Made by a program: the position numbers and the translations under genes. 64,000 nt of DNA, taken from NCBI GenBank assembly GCA_965153355.1, contig OZ231126.1:49848001-49912000 (forward strand). The letters are read 5' to 3'. Shown piece after piece: positions 1-12,833 of the stretch. Below the pieces are notes generated by a model. It was not told the DNA's origin and did not search any database. It worked only from the letters and a program-made list of their open reading frames with translations. How positions within the stretch are numbered: the first letter of the stretch is position 1; every line of letters begins with the position of its first letter. Source of the stretch: Flaccisagitta enflata. Lineage: Eukaryota.

Positions 1-340
1 CGGCCTCAACAACCAAATCCCTGCCTCAACAACCTAATCCCTGCCCCAACGACCTAATCCCTGCCCCAACGACCTAATTCCTTGCCTCAACGACCTAATC
101 CCTGCCTCAACGACCTAATCCCAACCTCAATGAATAAATCTCGACCTCAACCACCAAAACCCAACCTAATCCCAGTCTTAATGACCTAATCCTGGCGTCA
201 ACAACCTAATCCCAGCCTTAGCGAGCTTATCAAGACCTCAGCATCTTATTGAGGCCACAGCAACCTAATCGCGGCCTGAGCGACCTAATTGCGGCCTAGA
301 AGACCTAATCCTGGCCTCAGCGACCAAATTGTGGCCACAT
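1..340. repeat. 20-bp minisatellite (CTGCCTCAACGACCTAATCC-like), degenerating rightwards
   Basis: Direct 20-nt periodicity from the first base of the window; array probably continues upstream. Confidence 0.85.
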
Positions 341-393
341 CTTAATGACAGACTCATCAATTTAACTGTGCAGCGGAGTTGTTACCCGAAGAC

Positions 394-688
394 TTTTAGT
401 CGCGGACACACGACTACACCTTGCCGTGTCGGTTGGTCCGTCCGTCGGTCCCTCTGCAATATTTTTAGTTATAGACACCCAGCTCTATAAGAGGCTTTGT
501 CTGTCCATCGGTCTGTTCGTCTGTGGTGATCGAGTTGGAAAGTCTGAAAATGCGCATTTTTGCCCCTGCCCACCCGTCCGCAACTGGTATTGGCCGTGTA
601 TCTGGCCTTGTTGAATTGCAATCGGTTTTTTGCAATATTGCTCCTGCCCAACTATCCGCGACTGGATTGCCATGTATCTGGCCTTGTT
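394..688 (+). mobile_element. Helentron-type non-autonomous element (HINE/DINE-1-like) with a second HINE nested at 462-612
   Basis: TTTTAGTCGCG 5' end, GTCC microsatellite, 3' CGCGACT and GCCATGTATCTGGCCTTGTT end. An uninterrupted relative at 20797-20935 shows 462-612 is an insertion with its own GGCCGTGTATCTGGCCTTGTT end. Confidence 0.7.
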
Positions 689-1127
689 AACTTAGTCATG
701 GTATGGGCCTCAGTTTAGTGCAGTGATCAAACAAAGATGAAGCATTTGCGGAGATAAGATCCATAAAATAAGTTTCTACAAGAAGCAGAATTTTAACGAT
801 CATTTGAAGAAAAAAAATTGAACAAATACATTCATCTTTAACATTGTCCTCATGCTCTATAATAATTGTTTAGCTTCATTGTCCTTCTTTTCTTTTCCTT
901 TTATGTTCCTTTCCTTTATCATTGTTATTCGTCTCCTCTTCTTCATTGTTTTTTTCCATCAATTCATTGTTGTCATTTTTCTTTTTCTCTTTTTCGTCGT
1001 TTTATCCCTTCGGCTTCAGTGTCATTGTTTTTCCCTTCTACTGCTGTTGTTCAACTTCATTATCATTGTTATTTTCCTTCTTCGTCGTCGTTCTTCACTT
1101 TCACCGTCGCTGTTCTTCTTCTTCAGC

Positions 1128-1400
1128 TTCGTTCTCCTTCAGGATGGTCGTCGTTCTCCTTCAGCCTCATCGTCGTTCTCCTTAAGCCTCGTCGTCGTTC
1201 TCCTTTAGCCTCGCCGTCGTTCTCCTTCAGCCTTGTCGTCGTTCTCCTTCAGCCTCGTCGTCGTTCTCCTTCAGCCTCGTTGTCGTTCTCCTTCAGCCTC
1301 GTCGTCGTTCTCCTTCAGCCTCGTCGTCGTTCTCCTTCAGCCTCGTCGTCGTTCTCCTTCAGCCTTGTTATCATTCTTCTTCAGCATCGTCGTTGTTCTT
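1128..1400. repeat. 22-bp minisatellite (GTCGTTCTCCTTCAGCCTCGTC)n
   Basis: Visible tandem copies; the ORF translations cycle through all three frames, as expected for a period not divisible by 3. Confidence 0.9.
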
Positions 1401-2972
1401 CAGCATCCTTGTTGTTCATCTTCAGCATCTTTGTCTTTCTTTCATTAGTTGTTTTTGTCCTTTTCCTTCATTGTCGCTGTGTATACCGGGCCAAATAACT
1501 TCTGGAATGTATCATTATTGAAAATACCAGTATTGTGCACAATTAAAGTTGATTCTGACGTCATATGGCTCACTGTTTGAGTATTATGAAACTAGTACTC
1601 CATGAGTTCTTTTTTTCCAAACGCTTGGAGACGAAGAATATTCATCTTACCTTGCTATAAAAAATTCCTGAGGTAGGAAACACTTCTCGCCGTTTCTCCG
1701 CCAAAGTTCCCCATGATAGGACCAAAAGAAATCAAGTAATGAAAAAAATGAGAAAAAAATAGAATCTCCGATCAGCGTCTTTGCAGTAAATTGATGCTTG
1801 CGGATATAAGATTCATCTACAACCATTTTCTCTTGATCATTGCTCGAAATCCCTGATGCATGTTTTCATACAATCTTTCGTACTATCACCATTTCTACCT
1901 GAGGACGCATCCATGTCAACCATAAATGTGATTTGGTTGAGAACATTTTCCTTCTCGTTCCTTCCTGATTCTTTTTTTCGTCTCTTCTTTTTTCTCTCCT
2001 AAAAATAAACGAATGATTTCGTCCCCCAAAGAAAACAAATGGCGTCTTAATCGCTTTTTTCTTTCGTTTCGATTTTTCCCTTTTTTATGCAGCGGCCCTG
2101 CTTTGGCGCATGTCATGGCATTAGAAAAGTTTAAGACTTAGATACTAAGTGTTACATTTCTCTCTTTTTGTGTTCTCAGCCAATTTTTCTGTATCCCTGT
2201 TTTGAGCGAACCAAACAATCGCGTGCGTTAGGCCGGGGCTGTAAACATCAAAAAGTGGACAGACAGATAGACAGACCAGAATGACCAAAAAGCGCCTGAT
2301 GGAGTCGCGTGTATGTGACTAAATCAACTTTCTGAAAATGCGATGACAAAGTTTTGGCAACGGGTACATCGGTCCATTCACAGTTGAGAATGTTTGTTTT
2401 CCTCCTTCATTATTCCGTCTCTGTCGTTTCTATGCGTCTGAATACATTTGATGGTCGTTTGTTGGGTCTTGTTTATTTATTTGCTTGTTTCCTTTTGGCT
2501 TACCAGTTTTTTTTCCTCTCGTTATTTGTCAGCTGTAACAAGAATGTGGCAGCCCTCTTTGATCATAACACTCTTAGTACGAATATATCATGTATTGCAG
2601 CTTGATTGTTTTCAAAGTCAGACCAAGTGAAAGTCTGAATGGTGTTCTAAGGCCTGTGTCTTAGCCTTTTAACTTTAAACTTAGAGCTTTGCATATCCGT
2701 GCACCAAATACAAACATTATTAAAAGAGGAAACGCCTAACTGTTGAGTCTGCCTTGACTAAGGTTTCATTACAGTGAAGTAAAACTTACCCTCTTTAGCT
2801 TTTCTTTATTTTCCGATGCTTGATACTTTAGTTTGGACTTGAGTACTTTTTGGTCCCATGCGACCCTCAAATACATAATTGAGAAAGCACATCGGGTAAA
2901 ACAACGGAGAAAAAGCAGCTCTAAAGTTCCTTATCACTCGGAGTGTTATCTATATTCGTTATTTCTATCGCG

Positions 2973-2973
2973 G

Positions 2974-3070
<97 letters not shown>
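2973..3070. repeat. (GTT)n microsatellite
   Basis: Pure trinucleotide run. Confidence 0.98.
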
Positions 3071-3072
<2 letters not shown>

Positions 3073-4569
3073 TTCTTCCTTTTTTTCATCATTGTTTTCT
3101 TTTCCATCGTCCTCCTCTTTCTCGTCTCATGCATTTCTCATGTTTTATGTGCCATTGGTCGTTACTCGTTAGTAGTTTGGTCTGTATGTATCGGAAATTT
3201 CCGCTTCATTGAGGCGCGATAAACATTATTGGTATTCGTTTCTCGCTTTTTCCCGCCTTCTTCCCCCGTCGTCTTTTTTTGCTCCCTTCATTCATGGAAG
3301 GGGAAAAAACAAGAAAAATGAGTAAAAAGAAAAAAAGAAATGGGTGGGGAGAAAAAGAAAAGGAAATTAAATATAAAAAACTCAGTACTGCGTATTTCCA
3401 TGCTGCGTCCTCGCATCACTATCAAGCAGATATCAGATATCAGGCGTTTGTGAGTTGGCTAATGACTTACGCCCAAGTAAGATATATGACAATGGGCTTT
3501 ATTCACCGCAACTAACTGGTAACTAAGCTTTGTTTTTGATAAAGAATTACTATCTGACAGAACATTCATTTTGGGTGCAACCCATATCCTTCAAAATTAT
3601 AAGACCTTCACTCAATCAAGAGGAACCTCCATAAAAACGGATACCTTTAGATGGTCAATCAACCATCATTCCAAGACACATGGAAAGATAAGACGGGAAA
3701 CCACTTATGTCTTATGCAATGAAATTGTGGAAAGCCTACTTCCTGTTGGGCCAGTGAGATGAATTTTCGACCGAAATCTTCTGAAATATTTGGGCTACTT
3801 CGGTTAGGATTTGTTCACTAAAAGCATGCCTTTTTCACTCTTCCATTATGTGGTTTTCCGCCTAATTTTTTCCCCATGTGTTATCCTTGTTGATGTTTTA
3901 CTGTTATTGAGATTTTGGGCAATTCTCTGACTGCGAAACAAATGTCACGGACCAACAGACGTACTGGTTGACTACCAAAGCCTCCATACGGAAAGAGTGT
4001 GAGTCGGCATCTGTACAAAATAATTTCCTAGAGGAGCGATTGTTAGGAGGAGGAAGACTGCCTTTGTAGGAAAAGCGGGGAATTTAAGATGCATGAAAAA
4101 ATAAAAGGGAGGAAAATCAAATAATTTCAAGGCCGCCTAGGCATGGGTGCGTCTTGTGTGGATATGTGCGGGGTGGGGGGCGAGAAGGAAGGGCGCAGGG
4201 TCTCGTTGGGTTATGAGGATCTCATGAAAAGCATAAACACAAAACTCTCGATACGTTTACAATTTTGAAAATGCACTCGGATACAGAAACGCTGAAACAG
4301 AAATGGATCAACTGATCATGAATGAATGACCAACTCTTTAGGAGGGACGATGGACTCACTTGTGACTAGAGATCAACTTGAGTGTCCCTCGGTTGGTTTT
4401 CATACCTTAGGCAGATGATTATATCACATATAATACGCCAATCTAACTACCTACATTTCCCCTTGGTGATTAAGGGGTGACTAAGAAAGGGGCCTCAGGG
4501 GACATGGATGAGCTTACACAGGGTGATATTTTTCATGTGGGGGAAAGTATTAAGACATCAAATTTTAAC

Positions 4570-4925
4570 TACAGGGTGTTTCACGCGTTTTGAGGTTTCA
4601 AGAATCGACATAACTTTTCTCCTAGAAAAGTTATTCCAATTTTGAAAAAAGGTCTGAATAGATCTTGAAGTGCAGTTTTTTGATGTCACCAATTTTTTGT
4701 ATTTGCGCTTTTTACCTTGGGAGCTACGGGAGTTTAAAGTAAACAACATTATCCAGTTAACTAAACATGGTGAAGAAAAAAATGGACAACTTCTTTTACT
4801 AGTTTCTGGTCAACTATTGGCCTGGATTACAGAAAATCTATGACTGTTTAAAAGCTCTGCAAAAGATTTTCAAAACGCGACGTTGCTGGACATTGTAGCT
4901 TCATTCATTTAGAAATCCTGTTATA
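4570..4925. mobile_element. Tc1/mariner-type MITE remnant (one end)
   Basis: Begins TA|CAGGGTGTTTCA, the same terminus as the MITE at 19192-21409; the partner end was not found. Confidence 0.35.
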
Positions 4926-4967
4926 TCGTCCCTGATTTTGGCCATGGTAATTAACAGTACTTTAACG

Positions 4968-7530
4968 CCGTTAATTAACACTATATAGGTACCAGGAAAT
5001 TAACTAAGAAAAACATTTCTTTATTTTTGAGAAAATTACTGAAAATAGGTGCTGAAGGTTGTTGTTAATTATCAGGTACCTATATGCTGTTAATTAACAT
5101 GCTGTTTTTGATGTTAATTAACACCCCATTTTAGGCGTTAATTAACACAAAAAAAATATAGATTATTAACAAATTGTTAAAAATATACCATTTTTTGGTG
5201 TTAATTAACGGTTGCAATGTGGTGTTAATTAACATGAAAAACAGCGGGTTAATTAACACAAAAAAAATATAGATTATTAACAAATTGATTTTGTACCTAT
5301 ACGCTGTTAATCAACATGCTGTTTTTGATGTTAATTAACACCATATTTCAACTGTTAATTAACCCAAAAAAATATAGATTATTAACAAATTGTTAAAAAT
5401 ATTCAATTTTTTTGTGTTAGTTAATGGGAGAAATGTGGTGTTAATTAACATCAAAAACAGCGTGTTAATTAACACAAAAAAATATAGATTATTAACAAAT
5501 TGATTTTGTACTTACACGCTGTAAATTAACATGCTGTTTTTGATGGTAATTAACACCCAATTTCATGCGTTAATTAACACAAAAAAATATAGATTATTAA
5601 CAAAATATTAAGAATATACAATTTTTTTTTGTTAATTAACAGTTGAAATGTGGTGTTAATTAACATAAAAAACAGCGTGTTAATTAACACAGAAAAAATA
5701 TGGATTATTAACAAATTGATTTTGTAGCTATACGCTGTTAATTTACATGTTGTTTTTGATGTTGATTAACACCACATTTCATGCGTTAATTAACACCAGA
5801 AAAATATAGATTATTAACAAATTGTAAAAAATATACTATTTTTTTGTGTTAATTAACAGTTGAAATGTGGTGTTAATTAACATAAAAAACAGCGTGTTAA
5901 TTAACACAGAAAAAATATAGATTATTAACAAATTGATTTTGTACCTAAACGCTGTTAATTAACATGCTGTTTTTGATGTTAACTAACACCGCATTTCACC
6001 TGTTAATTAACATAAAAAAATTTTATATTGTTAATATTTTGTTAATAATCTATATCTTTTTGTGTTAATTAACGCATGAAATTGGGTGTTAATTACCATC
6101 AAAAACAGCATGTTAATTAACACAGAAAAAATATAGATTATTAACAAATTGATTTTGTACCTACACGCCGTTAATTAACATGCTGTTTTTTATGTTAATT
6201 ATCACCTATTTTCATGCGTTAATTAACACAAAAAATGATATAGATTATTAACAAAATATTAAGAATATACAATTTTGTGGTGTTAATTAACAGTTAATGG
6301 GAGAAATGTAGTGTTAATTAACATATACAACAGTATGTTAATTAATAGCGTATAGGTAAATAAAATCAATTTGTTAATAATCTATATTTTTTTCCAAAGT
6401 TAATTAACACGCTGTTTTTTATGTGTTAATTAACACCACATTTAACTAACATTAACACCAAAAATGGTATATTTTTTACAATTTGTTAATAATCTATATT
6501 GTTTTGGTGTTAATTAACGCATGAAATGTGGTGTTAATTAATGTGTTACCGCATGTAAATTAACAGCGTATAGCTACAAAATCAATTTGTTAATAATCTA
6601 TATTTTTCTGTGTTAATTAACATGCTGTTTTTTATGTTAATTAACACCACGTTTCAACTGTTAATTAATACAAAAAAAAGGGTATATTTTTTACAATTTG
6701 TTAATAATCTATATTTTTTTGGTGTTAATTAACTCATGAAATGTGGCGTTAATTAACATCAAAACAACATGTAAATTAACAGTGTATAGCTACAAAATCA
6801 ATTTGTTAATAATCTTTTTTTTTCTGTGTTAATTAACACATTGTTTTGATGTTGATTAACTCCAAATTTCACCTGTTTATTAACACCAAAAAATTGTATA
6901 TTCTTAATATTTCGTTAATAATCTATATTTTTTTGTGTTAATTAACGCATGGTAAATTGTTAATTATCATCAAAACAGCATGTTAATTAACAGCGTTAAG
7001 TACAAAAAATCAATTTGTTAATAATCTACATTTTTTCTGTGTTAATTAACATTGTTTTTGATGTTAATTAACACCACATTTCTCCCATTAACTAACACAA
7101 AAAAATTGAATATTTTCAACAATTTGTTAATAATCTATATTTTTTTGGGTTAATTAACAGTTAAAGTGTGTGAATTAACATCAAAAACAGCATGTTGATT
7201 AACAGCGTATAGGTACAAAATCAATTTGTTAATAATCTATATTTTTTTGTGTTAATTAACTCATTGTTTTTCATGTTAATTAATTGATAGAATTGTTATA
7301 TCATCACCAAAAATTGTATATTTTTAACAATTTGTTAATAATCTATATTTTTTGTGTTAATTAACGCATAAAATGGGTGTTAATTAACATTAAAAACAGC
7401 AGTTAATTAACAGCATATAGGTACTCGATAATTAACAACAACCTTCAGCACCTATTTTCAGTAATTTTCTAAAAAATAAAGAAATGTTTTTCTTAGTTAA
7501 TTTCCTGGTACCTATATAGTGTTAATTAAC
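4968..7530. mobile_element. Foldback-type element: ~1.3-kb inverted arms made of AT-rich GTTAATTAAC-containing tandem units
   Basis: 4971-5110 is the reverse complement of ~7390-7530 (GGTACCAGGAAATTAACTAAG...TAGGTGCTGAAGGTTGTTG). The marker GATTATTAAC recurs at 5161, 5272, 5377, 5487, 5592, 5703, 5809 and 5920 (alternating ~111/105 bp) and in reverse orientation right of ~6300. Confidence 0.8.
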
Positions 7531-9251
7531 GACTGTTTTTTTAGTGTTAATTAACAGCAGAAAAACTACCGTTAATTACCGGTACTTTTTTGCCTTTTAT
7601 TTACAATTTTGTCAATTAGAGGCATTAATGTGCCGTTAATTAACGCAGGGTAAATCGCTCACGATATATCTCACTGGACGGGTCCACCGACCGACACAGT
7701 TACTCCCTGATGGCGCTGATATGCAGAATTTGTCTAGACAAGACTGGGAATTAAGATAGTATCACTGTATCATTTATGTGTAACATTCGGGTGTGTCAAT
7801 ATGCAAAACATTAATCCCTTAGAGTATAACACACATGAGTGTAACATATATAGGTATGTATGTATGTATGTATGTATGTATGTATGTATGTATGTATGTA
7901 TGTATGTATGTATGTATGGATGGGACAAATATGGACATTCTTATCTTTTCATCAGGACTCAGACGTCAGGAGTCGTGGAGCACTGAACTAGGTGAGCGTC
8001 CTCTCATCTCGACTGGTCGGGGTCATTTCAGGTGCTGATGATTTGCGATGATCGGTCAAAATAGGAGAGAGTGAGTGAGAATTGGAGGACGGGGAATACA
8101 GTCCAGAATGACCAGTTGCTTGAAGATCTACAGCCATCAGGTCGTAAAAAAAAAGAGGGAAAACGAGGACGATTAACATCATGAATTCGCGATTGCCGAG
8201 GAATGGAGCACGATTGGCTCTCGAGGTGTGTATGGAGCGATTGAAGATTGATGAAAACTAAGGGTTGAAAGAAAAGAGAACACAATGTCAATCGTGCACA
8301 TAGGCACAAGACACTATCATCTTAATCTTGCTAATCGCCGAGTGTCTCATGAGTCAATGTGAACGTGGGGACCATCAAGGAGGGGCATGGGTGATTGTCG
8401 CGAGATTTTCATGCTGGACATTGGGATGGACATCATTGATGATTGCCACACGCCTGTCGAGGACATTTAGACAATTTAAAGAGGACATGGCTGATTGTCA
8501 CGAGTCTTGTGTTGGACTATGATCATCCACGATTGTCAAAATCTCGTGCCCCGAATACCGTCGTGATTTTGTAGGCAATTCAAAAGAATTTGTAGGCAAT
8601 TCAAAAGAATAAAAAAATCACTGCCTTGCGTGATACGCTCATGGCCTGTCCATTACCTCGGACCTTTTCATTAAACGTCATCTGAGATCCACTGTACGAA
8701 TATGGACGACAAAAGGTAAGCAATTCAACCATTTACGACATAAAGAAAATAACAACGAAGACAGAACAACATCAGCAACCACCAAAAACAAAAGACAAAA
8801 ACACAAAAAACAACAAAAACAAAAACAAAAACAAACCGATTTTGTACGTGTGACCTCATCAGTTATTGCCGACCAATCGCAAATTAACGTTCTTCACGCG
8901 ACGCCGTACGTCCGCATCAACGATCGTCAATCGAGGGTCAACCGCGAATAGATGATAGCCATTGAGGATAGACAATGAAATCGTGAATCAGGGCCATTAT
9001 TTCTCTCATTCACGCTCATGATTCTTAGTCTACGCCCTATGGTTGAGGCCAATGATCGCCAATTGCGCTTTGGGGACAGCGCTTGAGGTCTTGTCCTTCT
9101 AATGGATCAGCACGCTTTTGCATTGGACTCTTTTGGATACTATCAGGCACGATTGAACAATGAACAGATTGGGTACTCTTCTTGCTGATTGTCTGTCTGA
9201 CTGTCGGTGTGTCGGGCGGTCTGTCTCTGTCTCTGTCTCTCTCTCTGTCAC

Positions 9252-9306
<55 letters not shown>

Positions 9307-9722
9307 GTGCTTTAAAGAAGGATGTATTTCTAATCCTTCAACGCAATGAGAGCCATTGAGAATAATTTCAATCGTTGCGAAATTCTAATCAGTCACAGCT
9401 TTGCAGCGAAGCCGAGCTGGGGATGTCGTTGTTGTGGTGATTGCTTTTTTGTCATTATTCGCTGGTACCAAGCGTAATAACGCCGGTGTAGCTGTCGTGA
9501 TAATGCAGTAGTTTTTGTTGGCAGCCCACATTAATGATGTAACAACGCTGCCACTCGTCACTCATTCATCTTCGCGCAGAAAGAGAGGCCATGTGACAGG
9601 CGGAAACGTGAGATGAATGTATGGAACTGTTGTTGCTGTTGTCGTTGTTGTTGGAGTCGTTGTTGTCATTCAGGGAATCATTCATTTTGTCCGTTGTTGG
9701 ATGCGTTGTTGTCTTGTTGCTG

Positions 9723-10064
9723 TTTTTAGATGCGTCCGTCAGGAACGCATCTCTATAAGAGGGTCTGTCCGTCCGTCCGTCCGTCCGTCCGTCCGTCCGT
9801 CCGTCCGTCCGTCTGTCCGTCCGTCCGTCCGTAACGCCTGTGCGAAAACCGCGTTTCTTGGCTGATTTTGTTCACGGTGGCCACGGTGAGATCCTGTGTT
9901 GAATCAATTGATCAACAAACGTGTTTAAATAGTGTCCATTGCCACTCTGTCGCTTCATCTGCCTGTCCATCTGTGCCTCCATATATGTCACATAAATATC
10001 TAGCGCCAAAGTCAATACACGAGGAGACACAGTCCGGACGCGTCGTTGCCCGGTCGGGCTTGTT
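9723..10064 (+). mobile_element. HINE-like element (AGATGCGTCC sub-terminal repeat family)
   Basis: TTTTTAGATGCGTCC...ACGCATCT 5' hairpin, (GTCC)n tract, 3' GGACGCGTC, GCCCGGTCGGGC stem-loop, TTGTT end. Confidence 0.7.
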
Positions 10065-10182
10065 GTATTGTGTTTGGCAGCCAATATTTCTGACGTAACA
10101 AAATTGTCACTCGTCGCCCGTCAGTCCCCGCGCTGGAAGAGTGGCTATGCGACGGGCAACATGAGTGGATATAATTTCAACA

Positions 10183-10942
<760 letters not shown>

Positions 10943-11030
10943 ATTGTTTCATGGCACCGGATAGAGTAGCGACGCCGTCTCTATATTGAGGTCATTCATC
11001 AAGCAAAACAGCATGAGAACAACATCTAGT

Positions 11031-11037
11031 TATAAAA
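11031..11037 (+). promoter_or_regulatory. Candidate TATA box
   Basis: TATAAAA about 70 nt upstream of the ATG at 11109, which has A at -3. Could be chance in AT-rich DNA. Confidence 0.3.
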
Positions 11038-11108
11038 CTTCGTAGAAAAGAGAATTACGTGAATGCGCAAGTTTTATTCATTGGGGCAGGGAAAAAAAAA
11101 CCTACAAT

Positions 11109-11252
11109 ATGAATTTTGTTCTTATTTTCCGTTGGACGTTATTGCTGATGGTTAGCTTTTTGACGGCAAATGCAAACAGGATGGGAAATGATGAAGGTTT
11201 ATACAAGAAATTTGGATTTAACAGAGACAAATTTTGCAGAAAAACCGCCGAG
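11109..11252 (+). CDS. Exon 1 of a predicted 475-aa type I membrane protein (signal peptide)
   Basis: MNFVLIFRWTLLLMVSFLTANA looks like a signal peptide; the exon ends at a consensus donor GAG|GTAAGA, phase 0. Confidence 0.75.
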
Positions 11253-11701
11253 GTAAGAAATCATTTGCATATCACTATCTCAGATTTGCCATAACTCACT
11301 AAATACGTGGCCTAAGAAATTTTTTTTTCATATCATATTAGCATATCATATTAGAATAATGCCAAGTTGTGTCCAAAACGTGCTGATTAAGAATATGTGA
11401 ATGAGCGTTTTGAGTGAGTGAATGAATGAATGAATGAATGAATGAATGAATGAATGAATGAATATTTGAACAACTGAATGTTTAAAGGCGTGAGAGGAAT
11501 GAAGAAAGACATCGGAATCGACCGTTTCGCGCTGTTTTAAGGTTTTCATTACCGAACGACTGACCAACCGACCGACAGACCGACCGATCGACGGACTAAT
11601 CAATTTTCACACGTTTGATTACAATCGCAAAATATGTACATCTTTAAACACTCGGTGTTAAACGAAGGAGAAGATGCATACATCTATTTGCACAATTACA
11701 G

Positions 11702-11868
11702 TCTGAGTATTGGCACGAAAAAATGAAGAAGAAATTGGAGAATAAAATGTGCGAAATGGACGCGAAAAAGCTTCAATCAAAATTCCACTACGCTCGAACC
11801 GAGTCTGGAGAGATGTGCGACGGCGAGTGGTTCGCTGACTGCATCGTCAGATCTATAACCGGCCACGC
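11702..11868 (+). CDS. Exon 2 of the predicted membrane protein
   Basis: Acceptor TTACAG|, open phase-0 frame SEYWHEKMKKKLENKMCEMDAKKLQSKFHYARTESGEMCDGEWFADCIVRSITGH, donor GC|GTAAGG in phase 2. Absent from the ORF track. Confidence 0.7.
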
Positions 11869-12294
11869 GTAAGGACAGCTAACTTTAGATGTACCAAAGA
11901 AGTGAAATGATTCAACTGAATACAGGACCGGGCATAGGAGGAGAGGTTTGAAGGAAATTGGAGTTGAAATGTTATTGTTTCAAAAGATATAAGTGGTCTG
12001 CAGAAGCAATACTTCCACATCTCATAGAGTCAGATCAATTTTCCTTCAGCGTTATGGGCAGACTAACCGATGGACGGATGGACAAACGGACGGATGGATG
12101 GACGAATCATCTCATGGTCATAGTGATGGACGCAGTGGAAAAGACATTATCATATGCAAAGGAGGTCTACAGCTTGCACTTGCACTCGCAACGCTCTTCA
12201 AAACAGCTAAGCTCGCTTTTCCACACAAAGGAGGTCTACAGCTTGCACTTGCAACACTCTTCAAAACAGCTAAGCTCGCTTTTCCACTTAAAAG

Positions 12295-12473
12295 GGTCGA
12301 GCAGCATGAAGAGGAAGGCAAACCTGATCCCGACTTCAAGAAGGAACCGAATATGAACCGTTGGATTTGGGACAGACTCAAATTTGAGTATTTGGTAGAA
12401 CTCAATAACCGACAGAGTGATAACGGCCCGAAAATGCTGACGACGATTAGGAAAATGCAAAAGCTCGGCATGG
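12295..12473 (+). CDS. Exon 3 of the predicted membrane protein
   Basis: Acceptor CTAAGCTCGCTTTTCCACTTAAAAG| is phase-2 compatible; VEQHEEEGKPDPDFKKEPNMNRWIWDRLKFEYLVELNNRQSDNGPKMLTTIRKMQKLGM; donor G|GTAAGG in phase 1. The 5' boundary is less certain (AAG acceptor). Confidence 0.65.
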
Positions 12474-12779
12474 GTAAGGTTGTATGATTGTATGGTTGTA
12501 ACGCTGTATGGTTGTGTGCATGTGTATGGGGTCATTGTATTAAGACGGACCTAACTTCCTGACAGAAATGCTTTTATCAGACGGAGAAATACTAGCGACT
12601 TTGGAGTGGCTTTTTTAAGAGATGCTATAATCCATCTACAAAAAGCATTGCCTAACTGCTTCGCTTTAGATGCGGCGTTTTCATGACGGGTGGACAGGAC
12701 TGCGATTGGATGGATGGACAGACAGACCAATCTGTAGAGTTGAATCTGAATCTGAAATACTAATTTGTCCTGCGAATTG

Positions 12780-12817
<38 letters not shown>

Positions 12818-12833
12818 CCATTTTAATACGCAG

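Noticed and set aside
852..1498. 118-210-aa ORFs with RRSPSASSS/LVVVLLQP repeats
   Set aside because: Translation of a 22-bp minisatellite and T-rich flank, open in several frames at once.
4968..7530. Regularly spaced palindromic repeats as a CRISPR array
   Set aside because: The intervening sequences are themselves repeats rather than unique spacers, there are no cas genes, and the context is eukaryotic.
7960..9160. CpG-rich unique-looking stretch with a 21-bp tandem duplication at ~8568-8610
   Set aside because: No convincing ORF, termini or RNA motif; probably old transposon debris, but I cannot support a call.
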